Of a DNA stretch of 64,000 bases, positions 48,472 through 59,709 are shown one piece after another (positions within the stretch are counted from its first letter, which is position 1; each line of letters begins with the position of its first letter). The position numbers and the translations under genes are program-made. This DNA is from an uncultured Ruminiclostridium sp. (GTDB lineage: Bacteria; Bacillota; Clostridia; Oscillospirales; Ruminococcaceae), in the NCBI GenBank assembly GCA_910579265.1, contig CAJTTE010000004.1, positions 30,449 to 94,448 of the forward strand. The letters are read 5' to 3'. Under the pieces are notes generated by a model. That model was given only the letters and a program-made list of their open reading frames with translations, was not told where the DNA came from and did not search any database.

Positions 48472-48647
48472 GGCGGAAGCCCTACCCGCTTACGGAAAGC
48501 TTATTCCTTGATCTCATTCATAATCAATTCAGCTCATTCAGCGAGGTCTCAACCGACGGTTGAAATATCCTTGCCGCTGTAAACACAGGTTATTGCCGAC
48601 GGCGAGCTTTTGTGTTATGCTTTTTAACGGAAAGGATGTGACGCTTT

Positions 48648-49481
48648 ATGAATATCGCAGATACCGTGGGAGAAAAAATATACCGTCTCAGAAAGCAAAA
48701 GGGATTGACTCAGGAGCAGCTTGCAAAGGAAGCCGGCGTATCTTATCAGGCGGTCAGCAAATGGGAAAACGGAGCCGCAGCGCCGGACATATCTCTTCTG
48801 CCCGTACTGGCGTCGATTTTTGAAACCGATATCGATTCTCTTTTGGGCTATGCGGCGGAAAAGAAGACTTCGGCTTATTATGAGGAGAGGTACAGAAAAA
48901 GCGGATACTATTGGGGTGTTAAGCCGTCTTTTATGTGCTTCGATATCCTGAAGCTCCTTCCTCCGGACAAGCCGCTAAGGCTTTTGGACGCAGGCTGCGG
49001 AGAAGGTAAGGATGCGGTTTTCTTCGCAAAAAACGGTTACTGTGTTTCCGCTTTCGATATTACGGAATCTGGTGTTGAAAAGGCGAAGCGCCTTGCCGGA
49101 AGATACGGCGCGGATGTTGATTTTTTCCGCGCGGACATATGTGACTATGTTCCGGATAAGGAGTTTGACGTTATTTTTTGCTCGGGAGTGCTGAATTATA
49201 TTCCGGCTGATGCGCGAAGCAGAGTTGTTGAGAATTGGAAGAAGCACACTTCGGCAGGCGGATTGAATGCGGTAAACGTATTTGTGAAAAAACCGTTCAT
49301 ACCCGATGCTCCCGATAAAGAAAGGATTTCCAGCAGATGGAGATCCGGAGAGCTTTTCGGACTGTACGGCGACTGGCGCTTTGAGCGGTGCGAGGAAGTG
49401 ATTTTTGACTGTGGCAGCGGAGGAGTTCCGCATAAGCATTGCATGGATACGCTGATCGCAGTAAAAACCGACAGAATATAA
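48648..49481 (+). CDS. XRE HTH fused to a TehB-like SAM methyltransferase
   Basis: LTQEQLA...[28 protein letters not shown]-terminal [11 protein letters not shown]. Confidence 0.85.
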   Translation: MNIADTVGEKIYRLRKQKGLTQEQLAKEAGVSYQAVSKWENGAAAPDISLLPVLASIFETDIDSLLGYAAEKKTSAYYEERYRKSGYYWGVKPSFMCFDILKLLPPDKPLRLLDAGCGEGKDAVFFAKNGYCVSAFDITESGVEKAKRLAGRYGADVDFFRADICDYVPDKEFDVIFCSGVLNYIPADARSRVVENWKKHTSAGGLNAVNVFVKKPFIPDAPDKERISSRWRSGELFGLYGDWRFERCEEVIFDCGSGGVPHKHCMDTLIAVKTDRI

Positions 49482-49521
49482 CCGATCATATGATATACAA
49501 AAATTAAGGAGGAACTTTAAA

Positions 49522-50232
49522 ATGGAAAAGAAGGCACAGCTTTATGAAGGAAAGGCAAAGAAGGTTTTCGCAACGGAGGATCCAGATCTTGTTATCGTAT
49601 CCTATAAGGATGACGCGACCGCTTTCAACGGAGAGAAAAAAGGAACTATAAGCGGCAAGGGCGTAGTAAACAATAAAATGACCAACTATATGTTCGGCTT
49701 GTTGGAAAAAGTGGGAGTGCCCACTCATCTGGTGGAGGAGCTTAACGACAGGGAAACCGTTGTAAAAAAGGTATCCATCGTTCCGCTTGAGGTTATTGTA
49801 AGAAATGTTGCGGCCGGAAGCTTTTCCAAGAGGATGGGCGTTGAAGAGGGAACGGCTCTTAAGTGCCCGATACTTGAGTTCAGTTATAAGAACGACGAGC
49901 TGGGCGATCCGTTTATCAACGATTATTATGCATTAGCGCTTGGTCTTGCCACAAAGGAAGAAATCGATACGATAACCAAATACACCTTTATGGTAAATGA
50001 CTTTATGATCGAATTTTTCAAAAAGCTCAACATTGATCTTATCGACTTTAAAATCGAATTCGGAAAGACCTCCGACGGTAAAATCATACTGGCGGACGAA
50101 ATATCACCGGATACCTGCCGCTTCTGGGATTCAACCACTCACGAGAAGCTGGACAAGGACCGCTTCCGCAGAGATATGGGAGGCGTTGAGGACGCATATG
50201 CGGAGATGATGAAGCGAGTATTCGGAAATTAA
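49522..50232 (+). CDS. purC: SAICAR synthase
   Basis: [41 protein letters not shown]. Confidence 0.97.
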   Translation: MEKKAQLYEGKAKKVFATEDPDLVIVSYKDDATAFNGEKKGTISGKGVVNNKMTNYMFGLLEKVGVPTHLVEELNDRETVVKKVSIVPLEVIVRNVAAGSFSKRMGVEEGTALKCPILEFSYKNDELGDPFINDYYALALGLATKEEIDTITKYTFMVNDFMIEFFKKLNIDLIDFKIEFGKTSDGKIILADEISPDTCRFWDSTTHEKLDKDRFRRDMGGVEDAYAEMMKRVFGN

Positions 50233-50355
50233 CGCATCATATATCGGTGCAGTTTGAGCGATCCGCGTATGATACCGCGGTATTGCCCGGCAAATCCCGA
50301 AAGCGGTTTTGGCCGCGGATAAGGATTTTATTTTCTGATAAAGAAAGGATTTATA

Positions 50356-51777
50356 ATGGGCGGATTTTTTGGAGCAGCGTCTCATAACGATTGTATAAGC
50401 GACGTTTTCTTCGGAACGGATTACCATTCCCATCTGGGAACACGCAGAGGCGGCATGACTGCTTATTCTCCCGAAAAGGGATTTCAAAGGAGTATTCACA
50501 GTATTGAAAATTCTCCTTTTCGTACAAAATTTGAAAATGATGTTGAGGGAATGTCCGGAAAGCTTTGTATAGGCTGTATCAGCGATACCGATCCTCAGCC
50601 GATCCTGCTTCGTTCGAAAATGGGATTGTATGCGGTATGTACCGTTGGGATCATAAATAATGCAAAAGAGCTTACCGAAGAGCTTATCGCAGGCAATTCC
50701 GCCAGCTTCGAAACAATGAGCAGCGGTAATATCAATACCAGTTCGATAGTCGGCGCGCTTATTTCTCAGAAGGAATCCTTTGAAGAGGGCATCAGGTTTG
50801 CCCAATCCAGGATCGACGGCACGCTTTCGCTTCTGATACTGACCAAGGACGGGATCATTGCAGCCAGGGACAGTAAGGGAAGGCTTCCTATTATAATAGG
50901 AAGGAGGAACGACGGATTTTGCGTCTCCTTCGAATCCTTTGCGTTTCAGAAGCTGGACTATGAGCTTTACCGTGAGCTGCTACCCGCCGAGATCGTGATG
51001 ATAACTCCGGATAAGGTCAAAGTCATAAGCGAGGGTACGTCCGATTTAAAGATATGTACTTTCCTGTGGACCTATTACGGATATCCCAACTCGGTATATG
51101 AGGGAGTCACGGTAGAGACGATGCGTACGAGAAACGGCGAGATAATGGCTGAGGCAGATATCAGGAACGGAACACTTCCCGATGTGGATTATATCTGCGG
51201 CGTGCCGGATTCCGGCGTACCGCATGCAATAGGCTATGCAAACAGAAGCGGAATACCTTTTGCCAGACCTTTTATCAAATACACGCCCACGTGGCCCAGA
51301 AGCTTTATGCCTCAAAGTCAGTCGATGAGAAATAAGGTCGCCAAGATGAAGCTTATTCCTGTTCATGAGCTTATTGAGGGAAAAAAGCTTTTATTTGTGG
51401 ACGACAGCATCGTCAGGGGAACTCAGATGAGGGAAACGGTGGAGTTCCTTTATGCAAACGGCGCTAAGGAGGTACATATGCGCTCGGCCTGTCCTCCCAT
51501 TATGTACGGGTGTAGGTACCTTAACTTTTCCCGAAGCACCTCTGAGCTTGATTTAATTGCAAGGAGCATTATCAACGAGTTTGAGGGATCAGAGGGAGTT
51601 AAATATATAAACGAGTACAGCGACAGAAGCACCGAAAGGGGCAAAAGGCTGAGAGCGGAGATATGTAAGAGACTTAAACTCACGTCTTTGGAATTTCAGT
51701 CGCTGGAGGGCACCGTTAAGGCAGTAGGACTTCCCGAATGCAAGCTTTGTACTTATTGCTGGAACGGAAAACGGTAA
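50356..51777 (+). CDS. Amidophosphoribosyltransferase-like paralogue lacking the N-terminal Cys
   Basis: Starts MGGFFG; VPDSG, VDDSIVRGT, EVHMR, CTYCW retained. Confidence 0.85.
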   Translation: MGGFFGAASHNDCISDVFFGTDYHSHLGTRRGGMTAYSPEKGFQRSIHSIENSPFRTKFENDVEGMSGKLCIGCISDTDPQPILLRSKMGLYAVCTVGIINNAKELTEELIAGNSASFETMSSGNINTSSIVGALISQKESFEEGIRFAQSRIDGTLSLLILTKDGIIAARDSKGRLPIIIGRRNDGFCVSFESFAFQKLDYELYRELLPAEIVMITPDKVKVISEGTSDLKICTFLWTYYGYPNSVYEGVTVETMRTRNGEIMAEADIRNGTLPDVDYICGVPDSGVPHAIGYANRSGIPFARPFIKYTPTWPRSFMPQSQSMRNKVAKMKLIPVHELIEGKKLLFVDDSIVRGTQMRETVEFLYANGAKEVHMRSACPPIMYGCRYLNFSRSTSELDLIARSIINEFEGSEGVKYINEYSDRSTERGKRLRAEICKRLKLTSLEFQSLEGTVKAVGLPECKLCTYCWNGKR

Positions 51778-51824
51778 ATTTTTAATAGAAAATTTTAAAT
51801 ATCCCGCATATTTAAGCTATTATC

Positions 51825-52041
51825 CGCTTTATGGCTTGGCATCCATGCCAAGCCTTTGGGCGAATACCGCCGCATCCTTGCAACGATCATTCGCTTTGTG
51901 GCTTGGCATCCGTGCCAAGCCTTCGGGCGAATACCGCCGCATCCTTGCGGCGATCATTCGCTTTGTGGCTTGGCATCCATGCCAAGCCTTGGGGCGAATA
52001 CCGCCGCATCCTTGCGGCGATCATCCGCTTTGTGGCTTGGC
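51825..52041. repeat. BIME-like tandem array, about 3.25 units of 67 bp, two hairpins per unit
   Basis: Units at 51825, 51892, 51959, 52026; GGCTTGGCA-TCCR-TGCCAAGCC and CGCCGCA-TCCT-TGCGGCG. Confidence 0.92.
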
Positions 52042-52261
52042 TTATTTGCTGCGGCGGGCTTATTATCGGTCTTTCGGCAGGGGATATATCCACCGGAACC
52101 CCGATGAGTTTATGATTCGGGTTTTCTTATGAACTCGGGAGCTGCTGCCCGGTTAAGATAAAAATATCGGATACAAAAAGGTGTAGGTTATATAAACAGA
52201 GATATACAGATATATAAAAGAAAATCAGGTGCAGGTTCAAAAGGAAAGGACAGCACGATTT

Positions 52262-53686
52262 ATGTTTGACAACATTCATGAGGAATGCGGAGTTTTCGGC
52301 GTTTACACAAACGAACCCGCCGAAAACGCCAACACGGTTTATTACGGCTTGTACGCTTTGCAGCACAGAGGACAGGAAAGCTGTGGAATCGTTGTGAACG
52401 ACAGCGGCGTATTCGGGTATCATAAGGGTTTCGGACTGGTAAACGAGGTTTTTGACAGCGAGAGCTTGGGTAAGCTGCCAAAGGGAAGAATCGCTATTGG
52501 ACATGTGCGGTATTCCACCACGGGAAACACTACCGCCGCCAACATACAGCCTATTGTGGTACGTCATATCAAAGGACCTATGGCTATTGCCCATAACGGA
52601 AACCTGGTCAATGCTCTTGAGCTAAGGCGCAGCTTTGAGCTGCAAGGAGCAATTTTTCATTCCACCAACGATACCGAGGTAATTTCCTACGCAGTAACAC
52701 AGGCAAGGCTTAACAGCGGCTCTATACAGGAAGCCGTTGAAAAGGCCATGTACAAAATAAAGGGCGCATACTCTCTTATAGTGATGTCTGCCAAAAAGAT
52801 GATACTTGCAAGAGACCCCAACGGCTTCCGTCCTCTTTGTATCGGCAAGCTGCCAAATGGAGGCATTGCGGCGGCAAGCGAAAGCTGTGCGCTTGACAGT
52901 GTGGGAGCGGAGTTTATACGTGATGTTGAGCCGGGGGAGATCGTGGTTATCAGTGAAAAGGGCATGGAGAGCATAAAAACCCACTGCGGCGGCAAATCTG
53001 CCATGTGCGTGTTTGAGTATGTGTATATTGCCCGTCCCGACAGCGTTATTGCGGGACAAAGCGTTCACGGCGCAAGAGTTCAGGCGGGAAGATTTTTGGC
53101 ACAGGAACACCCAGTGGACGCAGATATTGTTGTGGGAGTTCCCGACAGCGGACTTGAAGCGGCTCTCGGCTATTCTCTCCAATCGGGAATACCCTACGGC
53201 GTGGGCTTTGTGAGAAACCGCTATGTGGGCAGAACCTTTATACAGCCTGCCCAGGGAATGCGTGACGATTCGGTAAGAATAAAGCTTAATCCCATTGCCG
53301 ACGCAGTGAAGGGCAAGCGTGTGGTTATGATAGATGACAGCATAGTCAGAGGCACTACCTGCGGCAGAACGGTAAATCTGCTCAGAGAAGCGGGAGCAAG
53401 GGAGGTTCATGTGCGGATCTCCTCACCGCCCTTTATCAGTCCCTGTTTTTTCGGAATAGATATTGACAGCAGGGACAAGCTTATCGCCTGCCGTATGAGT
53501 CTTGATGAAATAAGAAAATCCATTCATGCTGATTCTCTGGGGTATCTAAGCCCGGAGAACGTACTGAAAATTGCGCCCCATGCCTGCTGCGGCTTTTGCT
53601 CGGGCTGTTTTACGGGAAAGTATCCTATTGAAGTGCCCGCCGAAATGCCGAAGGATAAGTTTGAGTGCAAGATAGTTCAGCAGTAA
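52262..53686 (+). CDS. purF: Amidophosphoribosyltransferase
   Basis: Propeptide then EECGVFG, QHRGQE, GHVRYST, HNGN, DDSIVRGT, Fe-S cysteines. Confidence 0.96.
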   Translation: MFDNIHEECGVFGVYTNEPAENANTVYYGLYALQHRGQESCGIVVNDSGVFGYHKGFGLVNEVFDSESLGKLPKGRIAIGHVRYSTTGNTTAANIQPIVVRHIKGPMAIAHNGNLVNALELRRSFELQGAIFHSTNDTEVISYAVTQARLNSGSIQEAVEKAMYKIKGAYSLIVMSAKKMILARDPNGFRPLCIGKLPNGGIAAASESCALDSVGAEFIRDVEPGEIVVISEKGMESIKTHCGGKSAMCVFEYVYIARPDSVIAGQSVHGARVQAGRFLAQEHPVDADIVVGVPDSGLEAALGYSLQSGIPYGVGFVRNRYVGRTFIQPAQGMRDDSVRIKLNPIADAVKGKRVVMIDDSIVRGTTCGRTVNLLREAGAREVHVRISSPPFISPCFFGIDIDSRDKLIACRMSLDEIRKSIHADSLGYLSPENVLKIAPHACCGFCSGCFTGKYPIEVPAEMPKDKFECKIVQQ

Positions 53687-53750
53687 GAAGTAAATATACT
53701 ATAACAAATGATAAATACAGAAAACGAAAACAGGAAAAGGAGTTATTAAC

Positions 53751-54788
53751 ATGAAGAACAGTTTTTCCGAAAGCTACAAGGCGGCGGGAGTTGACGTTAC
53801 GGCGGGCTATGAGGGAGTTAAGCTGATGAAAAAGGACGTGGAGCGCACCTTTATTCCGGGAGTGCTTACAGGCATAGGCGGCTTTGGCGGTCTTTTTCAG
53901 CTTGATTTAGAGGGAATAAAAGAGCCTGTGCTCGTATCGGGTACTGACGGAGTAGGCACAAAGCTTAAGCTTGCCATGCTTATGGATAAGCACGACACCA
54001 TAGGAATAGACGCTGTGGCTATGTGCGTAAACGACGTTATCTGCTGCGGTGCAAGACCGTTGTTTTTCCTTGATTATATAGCGATCGGCAAAAATGTTCC
54101 CGAAAAGGTTGCAACGATAGTTAAAGGCGTGGCAGAGGGCTGCGTCAGGGCAGGCTGCGCTCTTATAGGCGGTGAAACCGCCGAGCACCCGGGAATGATG
54201 CCCGAGGACGAATACGATATCGCAGGCTACACCACAGGCGTGGTTGACAAGTCGAAAATCCTTGACAATAACAAGATTAAGGAGGGGGACGTTATAATAG
54301 GTCTCGCCTCCACAGGCGTTCACAGCAACGGTTTTTCTCTTGTGAGAAAAATTTTTAACATTAACGATGTTAAGGTTTTGGAAAGAGTGCTGCCTGACGG
54401 AAAAACCTTAGGGAAAACGCTCCTTACTCCTACGGAAATATATGTAAAGCCTGTTCTCGACCTTATTTCCAAGGTGGAAGTAAAGGCGGTGAGCCATATC
54501 ACAGGGGGCGGCTTTTACGAAAATGTTCCACGCTCGCTTCCCGACGGCTTTACCGCAAGAATAAACAAAAGTTCCTTTGAAGTGCCTTATATTTTCCGTC
54601 TTATGCAGGAGGAGGGCAATATTCCCGAGCGTGATATGTACAATACCTTTAATATGGGTATCGGTATGACTTGTGTTGTTAATGAAGGTGACGCCAACAG
54701 GGCTGTTGAGATTTTGAAGGAGCACGGTATTAAGGCTTATTGTATCGGTGAAATTATTAAGTCCGATGAGGGAATCGAGATAATTTGA
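53751..54788 (+). CDS. purM: AIR synthase
   Basis: [44 protein letters not shown]. Confidence 0.97.
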   Translation: MKNSFSESYKAAGVDVTAGYEGVKLMKKDVERTFIPGVLTGIGGFGGLFQLDLEGIKEPVLVSGTDGVGTKLKLAMLMDKHDTIGIDAVAMCVNDVICCGARPLFFLDYIAIGKNVPEKVATIVKGVAEGCVRAGCALIGGETAEHPGMMPEDEYDIAGYTTGVVDKSKILDNNKIKEGDVIIGLASTGVHSNGFSLVRKIFNINDVKVLERVLPDGKTLGKTLLTPTEIYVKPVLDLISKVEVKAVSHITGGGFYENVPRSLPDGFTARINKSSFEVPYIFRLMQEEGNIPERDMYNTFNMGIGMTCVVNEGDANRAVEILKEHGIKAYCIGEIIKSDEGIEII

Positions 54789-54827
54789 GAAGCAATAGAG
54801 CCTAACGTTAAAAGGAGAATCGGGAGA

Positions 54828-55355
54828 ATGAAATATCTATATAAATACTCGGTTCTGTTTGTATTATGTATGCTCCTGCTCACAGGCTGCGTTTTTAACG
54901 TAACGAAAAGCGGTGTTTCAAAGGATGATCCGAGAATAGAATTTGAAACCTTTGCCAAGGGCTTTGCCGATATTGACAGGCATAATTTTATAGCGCAGAA
55001 ATCGGGCTATGACGAGGGAGTTATTATAAACAATGAGGCGGATTTAAAAAAGTTAGAGGAGAATCTGCACATTGAATTTGACGAAGAAGTGGATTTTGAC
55101 GAATATATGCTGTTTGCCAATTATGACGTAAATATGGGATTTGAGGCTAAGGTCAATTCATACGATATAACCGAGATCGCCTATAACGATACCGTATTGG
55201 TCGTTAAAATCACTTGTGAAAATTCGGAAACCGTTGAAGCCAAGAACGGAGAATGGGTGTGCTTTTACAATATTTCGAAAATCAAGAAGAGCGATTTCCC
55301 GTATGAGTCAAGAGATTTTCTGAGATTTCAGGATAAAGAAGCGTCTAAAAAATAA
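54828..55355 (+). CDS. Lipoprotein of unknown function
   Basis: Lipobox LTGC. Confidence 0.75.
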   Translation: MKYLYKYSVLFVLCMLLLTGCVFNVTKSGVSKDDPRIEFETFAKGFADIDRHNFIAQKSGYDEGVIINNEADLKKLEENLHIEFDEEVDFDEYMLFANYDVNMGFEAKVNSYDITEIAYNDTVLVVKITCENSETVEAKNGEWVCFYNISKIKKSDFPYESRDFLRFQDKEASKK

Positions 55356-55358
55356 GAA

Positions 55359-55520
55359 CCAGTGTACCGTCCCGCTCAAAAATAAAACATCCGCCTGCCC
55401 TTTTTCCCGGACGCTTTGTTGTCGTCCTCAACTTGTGTCAGCAAGCCTTCGTCCTCCGCCTCGCGTCCGGGAAAAATTGCCGCGCGTCTTATTTCATTTT
55501 TGAACGGGACAGCACACTAG
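55359..55520. repeat. Family 4 element, copy b
   Basis: Ends AGTGTACCGTCCCGCTCAAAAAT / ATTTTTGAACGGGACAGCACACT; inner 14-bp IR TTTTTCCCGGACGC/GCGTCCGGGAAAAA; apex GTTGTCGTCCTC..CTTGT-GTCA-GCAAG. Confidence 0.8.
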
Positions 55521-55547
55521 TTATAGATCACCTTAATGGAGGACAAA

Positions 55548-56171
55548 ATGAACATATCGGTATTGGTATCAGGGGGCGGCACTAATTTGCAGAAGCTTAT
55601 AGACGCCGAAAAGGAAAATAAATTGGGCGGCGGTAAAATTACCTGTGTAATAAGCTCCAAGCCCGATGTTTACGCATTGGAAAGAGCAAAAAGGGGCGGC
55701 ATAAAAACGGCGGTGCTGAACCGTAAGGAATATCCCGACGTTCATGCTTACAGTTTGGCAATGCGTGATTTGCTTAGGTCGGAAAAAGCCGATCTGGTAA
55801 TATATGCGGGATTTCTCACCATACTTGACGAAACGGTATGCAGAGCCTTTCCGAATAGAATGATGAACGTTCACCCTGCGCTTATACCGAGCTTTTGCGG
55901 AAAAGGGTACTACGGGCTTCATGTTCACGAAGCGGTTTTGCAAAAGGGCGTGAAGGTTACGGGGGCAACGGTGCATTTTGTTACCGAGGAATGCGACGGC
56001 GGGCCTATTATTCTGCAAAAGGCGGTGGAGGTGAAAAACGGCGATACTCCCGAAATTCTCCAAAGGAGAGTTATGGAGGAGGCGGAGTGGGTCATTCTTC
56101 CCGAAGCGGCAAGGCTGTTTTGTGAGGGGAAGATCAAGGTCGCAGACGGTAAGGCAACGGTAGAGGAATAA
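55548..56171 (+). CDS. purN: GAR transformylase
   Basis: VLVSGGGTNLQ, NVHPALIPSF, GATVHFV...DGGPII. Confidence 0.96.
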   Translation: MNISVLVSGGGTNLQKLIDAEKENKLGGGKITCVISSKPDVYALERAKRGGIKTAVLNRKEYPDVHAYSLAMRDLLRSEKADLVIYAGFLTILDETVCRAFPNRMMNVHPALIPSFCGKGYYGLHVHEAVLQKGVKVTGATVHFVTEECDGGPIILQKAVEVKNGDTPEILQRRVMEEAEWVILPEAARLFCEGKIKVADGKATVEE

Positions 56172-56173
56172 TT

Positions 56174-56917
56174 ATGAATGAGGAAAAGTTCACGGGCAAA
56201 GCCGACCTTTATGACAAATACCGCCCGTCCTATCCTGATGCGCTTACAGACTGGCTTTATGAAAAAACAAACGCCGGATCAGTTGCGGACATAGGCGCGG
56301 GTACGGGTAAATTTACTCTTTGTCTTTCAAAAAAGCCTTGGGGGATTACGGCGGTAGAGCCAAATCCGGATATGTGCAGTGTGCTGAGAAAAAACGCTGC
56401 ATTTGCGCAGATAGTCAATGCTCCTGCTGAAAATACGGGTATTGAAAGCGGGTCGGCGGACTTGATCACCGTCGCTCAGGCTTTCCATTGGTTTGACGAG
56501 GAAAAATTCAAGAAAGAATGCAAAAGGATTTTAAAGCCTAACGGCAGGCTCGCTATAGTTTTTAATGAACGAAGCTATAAGGAGTGCGATATTTCCTCCG
56601 AGAGGGATAAAATATGTCAAAAATACTGCGGAACATTTCATTCCGGCCATGTGGGAAACAGAACAAGCGAGGAAGGCGATTCGTTTTTAAGAAGCGAATA
56701 CTTTTCCGAAGTTGAGTTTTTTTCTGCGGAGAATAACATCACAATGGATATGGAAACGTTCGTGGGAGATACTCTTTCCCGCTCTTACGCTTTGGAGGAA
56801 AACGATCCGAAATTCGGTGAGTTTAAGCAGGAGCTTGAAAAGCTGTTTCAAAAATATCAGAAGGACGGAAAGCTGCTGATAAAATATACTTGCGTTTGCT
56901 ATTTGGGAAAGCTTTAG
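56174..56917 (+). CDS. Class I SAM-dependent methyltransferase
   Basis: YDKYRPSYP, ADIGAGTGK, AQAFHWF. Confidence 0.9.
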   Translation: MNEEKFTGKADLYDKYRPSYPDALTDWLYEKTNAGSVADIGAGTGKFTLCLSKKPWGITAVEPNPDMCSVLRKNAAFAQIVNAPAENTGIESGSADLITVAQAFHWFDEEKFKKECKRILKPNGRLAIVFNERSYKECDISSERDKICQKYCGTFHSGHVGNRTSEEGDSFLRSEYFSEVEFFSAENNITMDMETFVGDTLSRSYALEENDPKFGEFKQELEKLFQKYQKDGKLLIKYTCVCYLGKL

Positions 56918-56936
56918 ACGAAGTGGAGCAAAAACT

Positions 56937-57371
56937 ATGATTGATAAAACCAAAAAATATTGGACAGGAGACAGCTCCGAGGATATTTCGGAGTATCTCA
57001 GGCTTTATTCGGAGGAAAACGATATTGATATTAAGGACATTATTTGTCATTCCTGCGGCGGCAACGAGTTTAACGTGATCGCGGACGGGGACGAAAGCGT
57101 TATTCAGGTAAAGTGCGTTAAATGCGGCAAAGAAAAGCTTCTGCTTGACAGCGAGGAGTATTTGGAGGACGCAAGCCTTAAACCCATAAAATGTCCCGTT
57201 TGCGGAAAGGGCGGGACTTATAACGTGAAGGTCGGATTTATACGCAAAGAAAACGGCTGCGTCAAGTGGGTATATATCGGCAACCGCTGCACCGAATGCG
57301 GTGTTCTCGGTTCCTGCGATGACTGGCCGATCGACTATGAGCCTACGGAAGATATGGAACATAATATCTAA
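56937..57371 (+). CDS. Small multi-CxxC zinc-ribbon protein
   Basis: CHSC, CVKC, CPVC, CTEC; acidic W/Y-rich tail. Confidence 0.8.
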   Translation: MIDKTKKYWTGDSSEDISEYLRLYSEENDIDIKDIICHSCGGNEFNVIADGDESVIQVKCVKCGKEKLLLDSEEYLEDASLKPIKCPVCGKGGTYNVKVGFIRKENGCVKWVYIGNRCTECGVLGSCDDWPIDYEPTEDMEHNI

Positions 57372-57398
57372 GTTGATAAAAATCAGGAGGAAAAAGCT

Positions 57399-58115
57399 AT
57401 GGAAATCAAAACGATCAAGGACGAACTGAACTCCCTCGAATATCACGGCAGAGGAATACTTATCGGGAAAACGCCCGATGAAAAAAAAGCAGTGATCGCT
57501 TATTTCATTATGGGAAGAAGCGTCAACAGCCGCAACCGTGTTTTTGTCGGGGAGGGCGAGGGAATAAGGACGGAGGTGTTCGATCCTTCGAAAATGGTTG
57601 ACCCGCACCTTATTATTTACGCTCCCGTCCGCGTTATGGGCAATAAGACTATTGTCACCAACGGAGACCAGACCGATACGATTTACGAGGGCATGGACAG
57701 TCAGATGACTTTTGAACAGTCACTGAGATCAAGGGAGTTTGAGGATGACGCGCCCAATTACACTCCGCGTATATCGGGTATCGTTCACGTTGAAAACGGC
57801 GGAATGAATTATGCCATGAGTATTTTAAAAAGCGATAACGGAAATCCGGATTCGGTGCTTCGCTATACCTACGCCTACAATGCGCCCATAAAAGGAGAGG
57901 GAAGATTTATCCATACCTATAAGGCAAATGGCGAGCCTCTTCCTTCCTTTGAGGGAGAGCCTAAGAGAGTCGAAATTCCCGACCTTGATCTTGACGGATT
58001 TACAAAGCTTGTCTGGGAAAACCTTAACGAGGATAACAAGGTTTCTTTGTTTACAAGATATATCGATATCGAAACGGGCAAATACGAAAGCCGTATTGTG
58101 AATAAAAACAAGTGA
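57399..58115 (+). CDS. Stand-alone PurO-like (archaeal-type) IMP cyclohydrolase
   Basis: YHGRGILIG, YFIMGRSVNSRNR, VTNGDQTD, EDDAPNYTPRISG; inside the pur operon. Confidence 0.85.
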   Translation: MEIKTIKDELNSLEYHGRGILIGKTPDEKKAVIAYFIMGRSVNSRNRVFVGEGEGIRTEVFDPSKMVDPHLIIYAPVRVMGNKTIVTNGDQTDTIYEGMDSQMTFEQSLRSREFEDDAPNYTPRISGIVHVENGGMNYAMSILKSDNGNPDSVLRYTYAYNAPIKGEGRFIHTYKANGEPLPSFEGEPKRVEIPDLDLDGFTKLVWENLNEDNKVSLFTRYIDIETGKYESRIVNKNK

Positions 58116-58116
58116 G

Positions 58117-58620
58117 GTGCCTATGGAGCTTATCAATGAGTCAAGCGAAAAATTCAGGGATAAACAGGAGGAGCTTTGCGGATTTTTATTTGAACTGTTA
58201 AGAAAAATAAACATCCTTGAAAAAGAGATTTATGAACGAATGCAGGAGCTCAGAGCAAAAAACGAGAAGCTTGGGATCCCCAAAAATCAGGTAGGACCGG
58301 GAGAAAAGGAGCTTAAAGGGAAATATAAGGAACGGTTGGGCGAAATTGTAATACCGGCCTGTACAGAAAAGCTTATCGGAAAAAGATACGGAAGCTCCTT
58401 TGGAAATCCTCAGAAATACGGATATATAGATGGGGACTGTAAAGCAATTTTTATTATGAAAACCGCCGGTAGAGCCGTTGTGGAAACTTATTATAAGCAG
58501 GGGGTCGACAGCAAGCATAAGTTCGTACTTAGAGATGTTGGGGGAATATGGCTTTTGGACGAGGTTTACTATGGTTTTGCAAGCGACGGAGACAAATGGT
58601 ATTCGGATAATGTAAGGTAG
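58117..58620 (+). CDS. Putative NTF2-fold immunity-like protein
   Basis: Helical N-half, SFGNPQKY, RAVVETY..KHKFVL....WLLDEV pattern; family assigned by recollection only. Confidence 0.5.
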   Translation: MPMELINESSEKFRDKQEELCGFLFELLRKINILEKEIYERMQELRAKNEKLGIPKNQVGPGEKELKGKYKERLGEIVIPACTEKLIGKRYGSSFGNPQKYGYIDGDCKAIFIMKTAGRAVVETYYKQGVDSKHKFVLRDVGGIWLLDEVYYGFASDGDKWYSDNVR

Positions 58621-59148
<528 letters not shown>

Positions 59149-59164
59149 AGGGCGGTAAAATGCG

Positions 59165-59683
59165 GTGAAAAACAAAAGCGTTCTTGAGGAGATGACAAAG
59201 GAACAGCTGATAGAGCTTCTGGAGATATACTCAAAAAACTGGCTGGCAATGGACGGAGTTTGGTTTCAGTCTGTGGAAGATAAGCTTGGAATGGACGAGG
59301 CTATGATACATGACGCCAACGCCTGGAAAAGATTTACCGTCATTGAAGCAAAACGTATAAAGGATTTCTTGCATTTGCCGGACAGCTGCGGTCTTGAAGG
59401 ACTTGCAAAGGCTTTGGAGCTGCGGTTTTACGGCTGTATAAACAACTATGAGATAAGGCTTGAGGACAATAAGCTTTATTTTGCAAATATTGACTGCCGG
59501 GTACAGAGGGCAAGAGAAAGAAAGCAAATGCCCTTTCATCCCTGCAAGAAGGTTTCCGTTATTGAGTACGAGGGTTTTGCCACGGCGATCGATCCCCGTA
59601 TAAAATGTAAATGTATAAGCTGTTACCCGGAGGTAACTGATAAAAATGTGTGCTGTTCGTGGCTTTTTTATATCGACGAATGA
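59165..59683 (+). CDS. DUF6125-like protein
   Basis: KNWLAMDGVWFQSVE, CRVQ.AR, HPCK, CCSW. Confidence 0.75.
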   Translation: MKNKSVLEEMTKEQLIELLEIYSKNWLAMDGVWFQSVEDKLGMDEAMIHDANAWKRFTVIEAKRIKDFLHLPDSCGLEGLAKALELRFYGCINNYEIRLEDNKLYFANIDCRVQRARERKQMPFHPCKKVSVIEYEGFATAIDPRIKCKCISCYPEVTDKNVCCSWLFYIDE

Positions 59684-59709
59684 GCAAAGAAATGAAAGGA
59701 TAAACAAAA

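Noticed and set aside
50285..50322. c-di-GMP-I riboswitch (GGCAAA..GAAA)
   Set aside because: The GACGCAAA junction and second stem are missing.
51825..52041. CRISPR array (67-bp period)
   Set aside because: The whole unit repeats; there are no variable spacers.
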